Shown here piece after piece: positions 26,200 through 33,558 of a DNA stretch of 39,413 bases; position 1 is the first letter of the stretch; the number at the start of each line of letters is the position of its first letter. The position numbers and the translations under genes were made by a program. This stretch comes from a virus, in IMG/VR virus record IMGVR_UViG_3300002461_000236, positions 1 through 39,413 of that record; one strand, given 5' to 3'. The notes below the pieces were generated by a model, which saw nothing but the letters and a program-made list of their open reading frames with translations, ran no database searches and was not told the DNA's origin.

Positions 26200-26228
26200 T
26201 GTATTCCCCGGCGGGGAACTAATGTCAA
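26198..26228 (-). promoter_or_regulatory. Leftward promoter candidate for the Cro-like gene
   Basis: The minus strand reads TTGACA-ttagTTCCCCGCCGGGGAA-TACAAT. TTGACA is a perfect -35. The -10 is AATACA or TACAAT at 17-19 nt spacing. The operator palindrome fills the spacer. Confidence 0.45.
26204..26218. promoter_or_regulatory. Operator O1a: perfect 15-bp palindrome TTCCCCGGCGGGGAA
   Basis: Perfect dyad in the divergent Cro-like/CI-like intergenic region. The same motif recurs at 28025 and 28050. Confidence 0.7.
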
Positions 26229-26242
26229 GACCCGTCGGGGAA
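26228..26242. promoter_or_regulatory. Operator O1b (half-site conserved): AGACCCGTCGGGGAA
   Basis: The right half, CGGGGAA, is identical to O1a and the left half is degenerate. It overlaps the GGGGAA that serves as the SD for the CI-like gene. Confidence 0.4.
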
Positions 26243-26248
26243 TTTCAA

Positions 26249-26668
26249 ATGCCACGCTTGCACTGTCCAATGCGCGGCATGCAGACAGTTGAAGAAACAC
26301 GCCGCGAACGACTGTTGTTCCTGATTTCGAAAGAAGGCGGCCTCGCCAACCTGCTCGAAAAGCTTGGGCTTGCACGCACTGACAACAGTCGACTTTCACG
26401 GATCGCTAACGCGAATGTCCGGCATGAGCGAGGCGGCCAACCCTATGTGATGGGTAGCCCAATGGCGCGCGAAATTGAGCAAAAATTGCAGCTACCCATC
26501 GGCTGGATGGACACGCCACCCACCGCCGCCGACCTATACAGCGGCAACGTCGCCCTAGGCCGCATGGCAGAACTCATGGCCGCCATGGAGCCAGAGATGC
26601 AATACAAAATCGTGCGGATGGTAGCTGCGCTTAGCGAACCAGCCAATGGCACCCAAGGCGCAGACTGA
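26249..26668 (+). CDS. CI-like repressor, single HTH domain (no S24 peptidase domain)
   Basis: LLEKLGLARTDNSRLSRIANANVRHERGGQPYVMGSPMAREIEQKLQLPIGWMD matches the XRE/CI N-terminal domain pattern ending in GW.D. Only about 139 aa, with no Ser-Lys protease domain. The start is uncertain (ATGs at 26222, 26249, 26270 and 26279). Confidence 0.65.
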   Translation: MPRLHCPMRGMQTVEETRRERLLFLISKEGGLANLLEKLGLARTDNSRLSRIANANVRHERGGQPYVMGSPMAREIEQKLQLPIGWMDTPPTAADLYSGNVALGRMAELMAAMEPEMQYKIVRMVAALSEPANGTQGAD

Positions 26669-26742
26669 TGCACCCACGCAACCAACACGCTACGCTGCCA
26701 ACCAGTCGCAGTACGGCGACCTGACCGGGTAACTGGCGGCGC

Positions 26743-27375
26743 ATGGGCTGGATCATCACGCTTGCCATCTTGGGCGCGCTGGCATACGTTTTACTGCGCC
26801 CAACCCACAAGCCGCCACCCGCGGACGGCTACAGCCCACCCCCCACGCCAGAGCCGCCGGTAACGCTTTTTCGCGACGTACCTGCGCGCGTGCCTGCCGC
26901 GGCGCCGCCAGGGTCACCAATCACCACACAAAAAGCGGCGTGCGGGCTACTGAATGCGCTGCTGGCGTCGCGCAGCGACTGGCTACGCAAATCATCAATG
27001 GCCGACATGCGCATGGAAATGCGCGAGCACGTGGAACATCTGCGCAGCAATATCGAGTTCTTGAAGGACGAGATTGCCAAGCAGGCGGAGTATCGGGAGG
27101 TGATTGCAGACAACCTGGACGATGAAGAACCAACCGGCGAACCAGATGACGAAGCCACAGCCCGCACCCGGCGCCACTTGGGCCACCTGGACCGCGAGAT
27201 GGCCGAGATGAAAGCCCAGCTGGCGGCAGACCAGCTGGCGCTGCGAGAGTTTCGAGCCGACCGCACGGCCTGGGTGCACGCCTATGCGCAGTGCAGCCTG
27301 GACAACGGCCCCAGCCCGAACGCCGCGCGAGAACCCCCCCAACCCCTGAAGGAACGCCATGGCAACCCAACCTAG
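26743..27375 (+). CDS. Membrane-anchored coiled-coil protein (candidate exclusion/abortive-infection factor)
   Basis: N-terminal TM MGWIITLAILGALAYVLL, a Pro-rich linker, then a charged heptad-like region (MRMEMREHVEHLRSNIEFLKDEIAKQAEYREV...). It lies co-directionally downstream of the repressor. Confidence 0.65.
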   Translation: MGWIITLAILGALAYVLLRPTHKPPPADGYSPPPTPEPPVTLFRDVPARVPAAAPPGSPITTQKAACGLLNALLASRSDWLRKSSMADMRMEMREHVEHLRSNIEFLKDEIAKQAEYREVIADNLDDEEPTGEPDDEATARTRRHLGHLDREMAEMKAQLAADQLALREFRADRTAWVHAYAQCSLDNGPSPNAAREPPQPLKERHGNPT

Positions 27376-27410
27376 CGACACTCCCAGCCCTGTTGAGCGG
27401 CGTGACGGCT

Positions 27411-27956
27411 TCAGGCCACAGGACAAACCACAGCCACAACGGCAGCGCAAATAGCCGCTGGCAGCGGCGTGCAGGCCGCCAGTTTGTAGGCCCTGTCTAT
27501 TACCCTGAAGGCCGCCAGCGATGCGGCCCGGTATTCGCTGGTGGCCAGCTCGCAGTTGCGCAGTAAAGACATGCGCAGCGCGGTGGCCACATCTGCATCA
27601 GGCGGCAGCGGCCCGCCTTCAGACTCGCGCACCAAGTCGTCAGCGTACCGCTGCCACGCCGGTAGCGCGCCCAGCACATCGCGCGTGGCCCAGCTACGCA
27701 CGTCAGCCGTGGTGTTAGCGCTCCACGCCACATAGGCCGCCAGCGCAAACCACAGCACCCCCGTGCACATTGCGGCAGCAGCCAGCGCTGGCGAAGACTC
27801 GTAGCGCGCCAAACCCAAGGCCGCCGCACTGGCGCCACCCGCCGTCAGCAGCAACAGCAGCGCATGCCCGCGCTTGCGCGCCTCATCCAGCCCAGCCAGG
27901 CTGAACTGCGCAGCTGCGTGCGCATGCTTCTCGGCCAACTCAATCACATCTTTCAT
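27411..27956 (-). CDS. Membrane protein with a 2-TM hairpin plus C-terminal TM (candidate exclusion/abortive-infection factor)
   Basis: Start MKDVIELAEKH with AGGAGG upstream. It has an N-terminal helix, two adjacent TMs (ALLLLLTAGGASAAALGLA / AAAAMCTGVLWFALAAYVAW), a helical soluble part and a terminal hydrophobic tail. Confidence 0.7.
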   Translation of the reverse strand: MKDVIELAEKHAHAAAQFSLAGLDEARKRGHALLLLLTAGGASAAALGLARYESSPALAAAAMCTGVLWFALAAYVAWSANTTADVRSWATRDVLGALPAWQRYADDLVRESEGGPLPPDADVATALRMSLLRNCELATSEYRAASLAAFRVIDRAYKLAACTPLPAAICAAVVAVVCPVA

Positions 27957-28024
27957 GGGACCTCCTGGGCATCGCCCAGTTTGCACCGGGAACATCTCCG
28001 GCGGATGGCATTATCAACGCAATA

Positions 28025-28039
28025 TTCCCCGGCGGGGAT
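28025..28039. promoter_or_regulatory. Operator O2a: TTCCCCGGCGGGGAT
   Basis: 14/15 identical to O1a. It abuts or overlaps the -35 TTGACA of the rightward early promoter. Confidence 0.65.
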
Positions 28040-28068
28040 TGACAAACAATTCCCCCTCGGGGAATAAT
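28039..28068 (+). promoter_or_regulatory. Rightward early promoter candidate
   Basis: TTGACA (28039..28044), then a 17-19 nt spacer containing operator O2b, then GAATAA/AATAAT/ATAATG. The first early gene starts at 28104 with GGAGGA upstream. Confidence 0.55.
28050..28064. promoter_or_regulatory. Operator O2b: TTCCCCCTCGGGGAA
   Basis: The outer hexamers TTCCCC/GGGGAA are identical to O1a. It lies between the -35 and -10 of the early promoter. Confidence 0.65.
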
Positions 28069-28103
28069 GCCCCCAGACGCCACCACGGCGCACTGGAGGA
28101 ACG

Positions 28104-28496
28104 ATGCAGACCACCGCCCCGGCCGCACAGGCCAGCCACATAGAGCCTCAACCCAGCGGCTTCTTTTTCGTCCCGCGCCCGGCGTGCGTGGCGGACGGCA
28201 AATACGCTGACCAGCGCCGCTTTGGCCCGCCATGTGAATCTCATAGCCCGGGATTCCCCGAAGAGTTTTCCAAAAGAGGGGCCGAGCTGGAGGTGTACCG
28301 AAGCGCGCGGCAAGACATTGCCGAAGTGAACATCAGCATCGGGCTCAGAAGCGCGGCCTGCGTGAAGGTGTTCCTCGACCCCGACGATTTACGCGAGCTG
28401 GCTCAACGGCTGATCGATGCCGCTCATGACATCGAGGCCCACCCAGCGGAAGCCCTCAAGCGAGCTCAGCAGGAACGGCAAGGCGGTGCAGCATGA
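28104..28496 (+). CDS. Hypothetical early protein
   Basis: 130-aa ORF with an SD (GGAGGA). The stop overlaps the next start (ATGA). Confidence 0.7.
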   Translation: MQTTAPAAQASHIEPQPSGFFFVPRPACVADGKYADQRRFGPPCESHSPGFPEEFSKRGAELEVYRSARQDIAEVNISIGLRSAACVKVFLDPDDLRELAQRLIDAAHDIEAHPAEALKRAQQERQGGAA

Positions 28497-28966
28497 ACGT
28501 CACCCAGACCCCCAACGGCAGCTACGTGCTGACCGCAGAGACGGAGACCGACCGCGACCTGCTGGACTGCATCCACATCGATGGCACGCAGGCCATCGCC
28601 CGCATTGCGACACACCGCGCGCCGCAGGGCCCGGGCTACATCACCACCGGCATGACACTGGCGGTGGACCGCAGGCACCCCCAGGCGCTAGAAGCCAAGA
28701 CGGCCCGCCAGCTTCTGAGCAGCTTCCGCGATCTGTGCCGCCTGGGCCTTGCTGAGGCGGCAGAGCACCGGCTTGTTGTCGCCGATACCGCCAATCCACA
28801 GCCGCAAGAACAACTCGCCGCCTGTCTCGTACAGCTCCAACTCATGCTGCAGACCCTCGGTGAAGTGGTCTTGCAGCATCGTGCCGTGCTCCAGGAAGTG
28901 CAAAGCGCCCATGGTGTCTCCAATGCTGAAAAAGCCATTCTGACGCAACCAGGGAGCGCAGCATGA
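28493..28966 (+). CDS. Hypothetical early protein (C-terminal half overlaps an antisense gene)
   Basis: ATGA coupling at both ends. By hand count, GC3 is very high for 28493..~28685 and drops to about 63% for 28686..28966. Confidence 0.6.
   Translation: MNVTQTPNGSYVLTAETETDRDLLDCIHIDGTQAIARIATHRAPQGPGYITTGMTLAVDRRHPQALEAKTARQLLSSFRDLCRLGLAEAAEHRLVVADTANPQPQEQLAACLVQLQLMLQTLGEVVLQHRAVLQEVQSAHGVSNAEKAILTQPGSAA
28688..28912 (-). CDS. Nested antisense small protein (74 aa)
   Basis: ATG 28912 preceded by GGAGA with a 4-5 nt spacer. Hand-counted GC3 is about 82%, with lower first-position GC, which is the profile of genuine genes here. The product MGALHFLEHGTMLQDHFTEGLQHELELYETGGELFLRLWIGGIGDNKPVLCRLSKAQAAQIAEAAQKLAGRLGF has ordinary protein composition. 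Confidence 0.55.
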   Translation of the reverse strand: MGALHFLEHGTMLQDHFTEGLQHELELYETGGELFLRLWIGGIGDNKPVLCRLSKAQAAQIAEAAQKLAGRLGF

Positions 28967-29133
28967 CCACCCCCACCCTGCACCCCTACCGCGTCCGCTG
29001 CGCCGGCCTCGAATACGTAGCCATGGCCCCCAGCGCCTGCGCCGCCATCGCTGACGCCATCACCCTGCACGGCGTGGCTGGTGCCACCGCTGCACCCCTG
29101 CGCCTGCGCAGCCAGAAAGGCGGCCAGGCATGA
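28963..29133 (+). CDS. Small hypothetical protein (56 aa; below the ORF-track cutoff)
   Basis: ATG 28963 with AGGGAG 6 nt upstream, very high GC3 and ATGA overlaps on both sides. The product is MTTPTLHPYRVRCAGLEYVAMAPSACAAIADAITLHGVAGATAAPLRLRSQKGGQA. Confidence 0.65.
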   Translation: MTTPTLHPYRVRCAGLEYVAMAPSACAAIADAITLHGVAGATAAPLRLRSQKGGQA

Positions 29134-29492
29134 CCCCCAACCGCCTGCACAAACCCACGCCACTGCCCCGCGCGGCAGAGACACAGGCCGCCTGGACCAC
29201 CGGCTGGTGGCAGGGCAGCACCACCGGCTTCGTGCTGGGCCTGGCTGCCGCCGTACTGCTGGGGTGGCACCACCGAGCGCCGCACCCGCGTGCGCACCCA
29301 GGGCCCCGCCTGCACCGCCGACCTGTGCCAGCAAGCGTGCGAGCTGCCCGGCGCCGATGCCGACCCGCTGCGCGAAGAGCCATCTACCGCCTTCGAGCTG
29401 GTGACCATGTGGCTGGTCATCGCCGCGCTCGCCTGCGGGGTCGTTCTGGCAATCAGAGCTTGCGCAAGCGCCTGATTCGCTTGCCTCTGTAG
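29130..29492 (+). CDS. Hypothetical membrane protein; the frame is credible only to about 29275
   Basis: The N-terminal ~50 aa (TM GFVLGLAAAVLLGW) have high GC3. The remainder is Arg-rich with low GC3, while the +1 frame becomes coding-like. Confidence 0.4.
   Translation: MTPNRLHKPTPLPRAAETQAAWTTGWWQGSTTGFVLGLAAAVLLGWHHRAPHPRAHPGPRLHRRPVPASVRAARRRCRPAARRAIYRLRAGDHVAGHRRARLRGRSGNQSLRKRLIRLPL
29290..29475 (+). CDS. Hypothetical protein with C-terminal TM (or the frameshifted continuation of the 29130 gene)
   Basis: GC3 is very high in this frame. The product ...CTADLCQQACELPGADADPLREEPSTAFELVTMWLVIAALACGVVLAIRA looks genuine. There is a GTG start but no visible SD. Confidence 0.5.
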   Translation: MRTQGPACTADLCQQACELPGADADPLREEPSTAFELVTMWLVIAALACGVVLAIRACASA

Positions 29493-29534
29493 CTATCAAT
29501 TTTGATTCCCCCAACCACTCCATAGGAGAGAACC

Positions 29535-29723
29535 ATGCCCGAAAAGAACTTTGCATTCGACCTCAATCAACCCGTGACCGTCACGATCAGCAACGAGTCT
29601 GGAACGGTCATCGGCCGCGCTGAGTACACCAACAGCTCCAACACCTACTACGTGCGCTACCTCGCCAAGGATGGCCGCGCAACGCACGACTGGTTCCCCG
29701 AAGACGCGCTGCAGGCCAGCTGA
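29535..29723 (+). CDS. Small hypothetical protein
   Basis: 62 aa with GGAGAG upstream. An AT-richer intergenic spacer precedes it. Confidence 0.7.
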   Translation: MPEKNFAFDLNQPVTVTISNESGTVIGRAEYTNSSNTYYVRYLAKDGRATHDWFPEDALQAS

Positions 29724-29748
29724 CACAGGCAGGCGACGGGAGCACCCC

Positions 29749-30123
29749 ATGCTGAAAACCACCGGTACCGCATACCTGGGCAAAACCCGCCCGAAGGCCG
29801 ACACAGAGCGCGACGGCGCGTTTCGCCTGGAGCTGGTGCTGGTCGACAACATGGGGCGCAACCCCGTCACCGGCCGCGAAGAAAAAGAGGGCTACCGCGT
29901 GCGCTGGAGCGGCCCCGACGCCGCCACGTTTTGGGCCACCTACCGCGACCAGCTCACCCCCGGCGCACCGCTGCACGTGGAGCTGGAGCGCCTGAAGGTG
30001 CACCCCGGCCCGCAGACCTACCCGCCCCAGCCCGAGCTGCGCGGCCGCGTGGTGCGCATGCAGCTGCTGCCCCGCCGCACTGGCGCCAGCACCACCCCCA
30101 CCACCGAGGCCGCTGCCGCATGA
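29749..30123 (+). CDS. Hypothetical protein
   Basis: Start MLKTTGTAYLGK with GGGAG upstream. 124 aa. The long N-terminal extension in the ORF track overlaps the previous gene. Confidence 0.65.
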   Translation: MLKTTGTAYLGKTRPKADTERDGAFRLELVLVDNMGRNPVTGREEKEGYRVRWSGPDAATFWATYRDQLTPGAPLHVELERLKVHPGPQTYPPQPELRGRVVRMQLLPRRTGASTTPTTEAAAA

Positions 30124-30557
30124 GCCGCGATCTCACCGTTTTCAACAGCCGCCTGGGTCACATGATCGTCAGCAAAACCACCATCGAAAAGCGCGCCACC
30201 GAGGCCGCGCAGCAAGGCAAGAGCCTGAACGACTCTTGCCCCTATCCCTTCTCCAGCGAGGCCGGGGTTCACTTCAAGGCCGTGTACCTGCTGGCGCTGC
30301 CCAAGGGCCAGGAGCAGGGCGAAGGGCGAAGGGGGTGCAGCGCGAGCACCTCACCGACCACCCTTGCAGATGCGCTGCCCGCAGAGTGTGCGCGCGTGCG
30401 CCAAATCTTGGGCTTCTACCGCGAAATTGGCCCAGCTGGCGCAATCGGCGCTGCATTCATTGAGCAAGACCTGCGCGCTGCTGATCAAGCCATGGCGTCT
30501 GGCGACGTTATTGCAATGCTGAGAGCGCTCCAGGCACTGCAAGGGATCAAAGGATGA
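30120..30557 (+). CDS. Hypothetical protein
   Basis: Start MSRDLTVFNS, with ATGA overlap to the upstream stop. 145 aa. Confidence 0.65.
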   Translation: MSRDLTVFNSRLGHMIVSKTTIEKRATEAAQQGKSLNDSCPYPFSSEAGVHFKAVYLLALPKGQEQGEGRRGCSASTSPTTLADALPAECARVRQILGFYREIGPAGAIGAAFIEQDLRAADQAMASGDVIAMLRALQALQGIKG

Positions 30558-31216
30558 CCACCTCGCCCTGGATCATCACCGCAGACGGCACCGACCAGCC
30601 CATTGCCGGCTGCCAGCTGCTGGTCACCCAGCGCGTGCCGCGCATCGAAGTCATTGCCCACAGCCTGGCGCAGATCAACCGCTTCACCGGCCACGCCACG
30701 CGCCCCTACAGCGTGGCAGAGCACAGCCTGCTAGTGGCAGACATCCTGGCCGCCCGCGGGTACGACCACCACGCCCAGCGCGCCGGCCTGCTGCACGACG
30801 CGCACGAATGCCTGAGCGGCGACGTAGCTACGCCCACCAAACAGGCCATCGGCGTAGCGTGGATGGCGTTTGAAAACCCCCTCGCGCTGCTCATCCGCAA
30901 GCACTTCGGACTGATCACCCCCGCCACCGCATACCGCGACGCCATCAAGCTGGCTGACCTGACCGCCCTGGCCACCGAGCGCCGCGACCTGACGCTGTAC
31001 CGCTGCGGCATCAACGCGCCATGGCCCGTCATCGACATGCCCGGCGGCGAAGTCGAGCCCATGGAAGCCGTGGACCTCAACAGCGCGCCACGCGCATCAA
31101 TGACATGGCGCCACCACCGCGACGCCTTCATCGCCCGCTTCTACAAGCTCGACGCCCTGTGCAGCCTGGGCGCCGCGACCGCAACCCCCATCACACAAGC
31201 AGCACCTACACCATGA
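30554..31216 (+). CDS. HD-domain phosphohydrolase (YfbR-like 5'-nucleotidase type)
   Basis: IAHSLAQINRFTGH...YSVAEHSLLVA...LLHDAHECLSGDVATPTK shows the H...HD...D metal-binding signature of HD-superfamily nucleotidases. Confidence 0.8.
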   Translation: MTTSPWIITADGTDQPIAGCQLLVTQRVPRIEVIAHSLAQINRFTGHATRPYSVAEHSLLVADILAARGYDHHAQRAGLLHDAHECLSGDVATPTKQAIGVAWMAFENPLALLIRKHFGLITPATAYRDAIKLADLTALATERRDLTLYRCGINAPWPVIDMPGGEVEPMEAVDLNSAPRASMTWRHHRDAFIARFYKLDALCSLGAATATPITQAAPTP

Positions 31217-31572
31217 GCGCACCACTCAAAAACCCACCCCTCAAGCTCCAACGCGGCGCCCCCGAGCCACTGCGCAAGGCCGGCCTGCACGCCATCGGCA
31301 CCACCAAGACATCGGTCACCGGCAAAGTGATCATCAGCCCTGTGGCCAACGCCGAAGAGCTTGCCGCCCGCCGCCTGTCCGAGCGCCTGGAGCTGGCCAG
31401 CAGCGCCATGCCCATCCGCAACAGCGCCGTGACCACGGGCGGCGCGTACACCCGCCCCGAGCTGCAGCGCAACGCGGGCATCCCAGCGGGCCGCTTCGCC
31501 GCCTTCGCCCTGCCCAGCCGCGTGGGCAGCCGGTTGCATCACCCTGATGGGCGGGTGGAGGTGGTGGCGTGA
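31213..31572 (+). CDS. Hypothetical protein
   Basis: Start MSAPLKNPPLK, with ATGA overlap on both sides. 119 aa. Confidence 0.6.
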   Translation: MSAPLKNPPLKLQRGAPEPLRKAGLHAIGTTKTSVTGKVIISPVANAEELAARRLSERLELASSAMPIRNSAVTTGGAYTRPELQRNAGIPAGRFAAFALPSRVGSRLHHPDGRVEVVA

Positions 31573-32555
31573 GCGAGAACACCAAAATCGAGTGGTGCGA
31601 CCACACCTTCAACCCGTGGGAGGGTTGCCAGAAGGTCGGCCCCGGCTGCGACCACTGCTATGCCGAAACGCGCAACGCGCGCTTTGCTGGTGGCACCGCC
31701 ATCAATTGGGGGCCAGGCGCACCACGCCGCCGCACCAGCGCCGCCAACTGGCAACTGCCAAAGCGATGGAATGCCCAGGCCGACGCCTTCATGGCCCAAC
31801 ATGGCCGACGCCAGCGCGTTTTTTGCGCATCCCTGGCTGATGTGTTCGACAACGCGGTACCGGTGCAGTGGCGGCGCGATTTGTTCGATCTAATCGAGGC
31901 GACGCCAAACCTTGACTGGCTTCTGCTGACAAAGCGCATCGGAAACGCTAGCAGCCTTTACGCCGAGGCCTACCTTGATTCCGCGCGCCCCTGGCCTGAA
32001 AACGTGTGGCTGGGCGCCACCATAGTGAACCAGACCGAGGCCGACCGCGACATACCAAGGCTCCTGGCCGTGCCTGCGCGCGTGCGGTTCCTGAGCATGG
32101 AGCCGCTGCTGGGGCCGGTGCAACTCGACACCATCTACAACACTGACTTTGGCGAATGCCAGCCATACCTACACCCGCTCATCGGCCGGGTGAGCGATGG
32201 GCACGGCGACAGCTGCAGCGCCCCGTCAATTGACTGGGTGATCGTCGGCGGCGAGAGCGGCCCCGGCGCGCGCCCCATGCACCCCGACTGGGCCCGCAGC
32301 CTGCGCGACCACTGCGAGGCGGCTGGTGTGGCGTTTCTGTTCAAGCAATGGGGCGAGTGGGTAGACGCTGACAGCGGCCCAAAGGACGACGCAGCATACG
32401 AAGGCAAACCCGATTGCTGGGCACACATCGAAGGCGGGCACCACGATGGCGCCATGGGGGTGGACTTCTTTAACACCTACCCCATGTACCGCGTCGGCAA
32501 GAAAGCCGCAGGCCGCCTACTGGATGGCCGCACTTGGGATGGGCTTCCAGCATGA
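31569..32555 (+). CDS. Phage Gp37/Gp68 family protein (DUF5131, three-Cys motif)
   Basis: IEWCDHTFNPWEGCQKVGPGCDHCYAE at the N-terminus, then VRFLSMEPLLGP, and WVIVGGESGPGARPMHPDWARSLRDHCEAAGVAFLFKQWGEW at the C-terminus. These are hallmark blocks of this family. Confidence 0.85.
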   Translation: MSENTKIEWCDHTFNPWEGCQKVGPGCDHCYAETRNARFAGGTAINWGPGAPRRRTSAANWQLPKRWNAQADAFMAQHGRRQRVFCASLADVFDNAVPVQWRRDLFDLIEATPNLDWLLLTKRIGNASSLYAEAYLDSARPWPENVWLGATIVNQTEADRDIPRLLAVPARVRFLSMEPLLGPVQLDTIYNTDFGECQPYLHPLIGRVSDGHGDSCSAPSIDWVIVGGESGPGARPMHPDWARSLRDHCEAAGVAFLFKQWGEWVDADSGPKDDAAYEGKPDCWAHIEGGHHDGAMGVDFFNTYPMYRVGKKAAGRLLDGRTWDGLPA

Positions 32556-33124
32556 CCACCAAGCGCCGCAAACCCCGCGCCCACCAGCCCATCACGTACT
32601 ACACCCTGATGGACGAGCTGCTGGCCAGCGCCACCCAGCCCATGCCCCAGCGCAACCGCACCCACCAGCTGCGCCGCATGGCCGACGCGCTGCACGAGCT
32701 GATGCACGCGCCCCAGCCCAGCACCAACGCCTGGCGCGTGGTGAGCGACGCCGTCAACCTGCTCGAAACCCTGGTGCAGCACGGCGAAGCGCCCATCAAA
32801 GACGCTACCGGCAACATCATCGCCAGCCACTGGCGCGACTGCGACGGCGACGCGGTGGAGGTGCGCGACAGCAGCGGCCTACTGGCTGACGCCATTGATG
32901 CCATGACGAAGGCGGGCAACCGATACAACACGGGCCACCCCCTGCGCCTGGATGGCCCCGGCATCCACGCCGTGCGCGCCGCATTCGACGACTACCAGGC
33001 AGCGCTCGACACCCTGCCCCACCGCACGATGGTGCGCTGCCACCGCGCCACCGAAATTCGCGTCAAGGCCATCTATGGCCGCGTCAACAACCTGCCCGAC
33101 GGCGTGCATGTGATGGCGATCTGA
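32552..33124 (+). CDS. Hypothetical protein
   Basis: Start MTTKRRKPRAHQ, with ATGA overlap to the DUF5131 gene. 190 aa. Confidence 0.65.
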   Translation: MTTKRRKPRAHQPITYYTLMDELLASATQPMPQRNRTHQLRRMADALHELMHAPQPSTNAWRVVSDAVNLLETLVQHGEAPIKDATGNIIASHWRDCDGDAVEVRDSSGLLADAIDAMTKAGNRYNTGHPLRLDGPGIHAVRAAFDDYQAALDTLPHRTMVRCHRATEIRVKAIYGRVNNLPDGVHVMAI

Positions 33125-33134
33125 GGAACCCGGC

Positions 33135-33500
33135 ATGGACTACTACACCCACCCCGGCCAGCGCACCGACGAAGCCAAGGCCACACGCACCCAGCGCGCA
33201 GCATGGCGCAAGGCCCCAGCCGACCCACTGGCCGAACGCCAGCGCCTGGCCAAGTTCTGGGCCAAGTGCAACGAAACCAACAAGGCATACGGCCTGGTGC
33301 ACGTCTGGAGCTTCTACCGTGGCCAATTCAAGCGCCACCTGCTGCCCGCCACCCAGGCGCACGTCCACGCCCGCGCCGCCGAGCGCAAGCGCGCCTACCA
33401 GGAAGAACTACGCGAAGAGTGCCGCAAGTGGTCTGAAAAAAAGGCCCGCGAAAAAACGCTCGCCAAAGCCCCACCGATGCCGCTGTTCGCTGACGCCTAA
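33135..33500 (+). CDS. Hypothetical basic protein
   Basis: 121 aa with GAGGAA upstream. Confidence 0.65.
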   Translation: MDYYTHPGQRTDEAKATRTQRAAWRKAPADPLAERQRLAKFWAKCNETNKAYGLVHVWSFYRGQFKRHLLPATQAHVHARAAERKRAYQEELREECRKWSEKKAREKTLAKAPPMPLFADA

Positions 33501-33558
33501 CCACGCCATCGACTACCAATCGCCAACCACCAACCACCAACCACGAAGGCAATCAACC

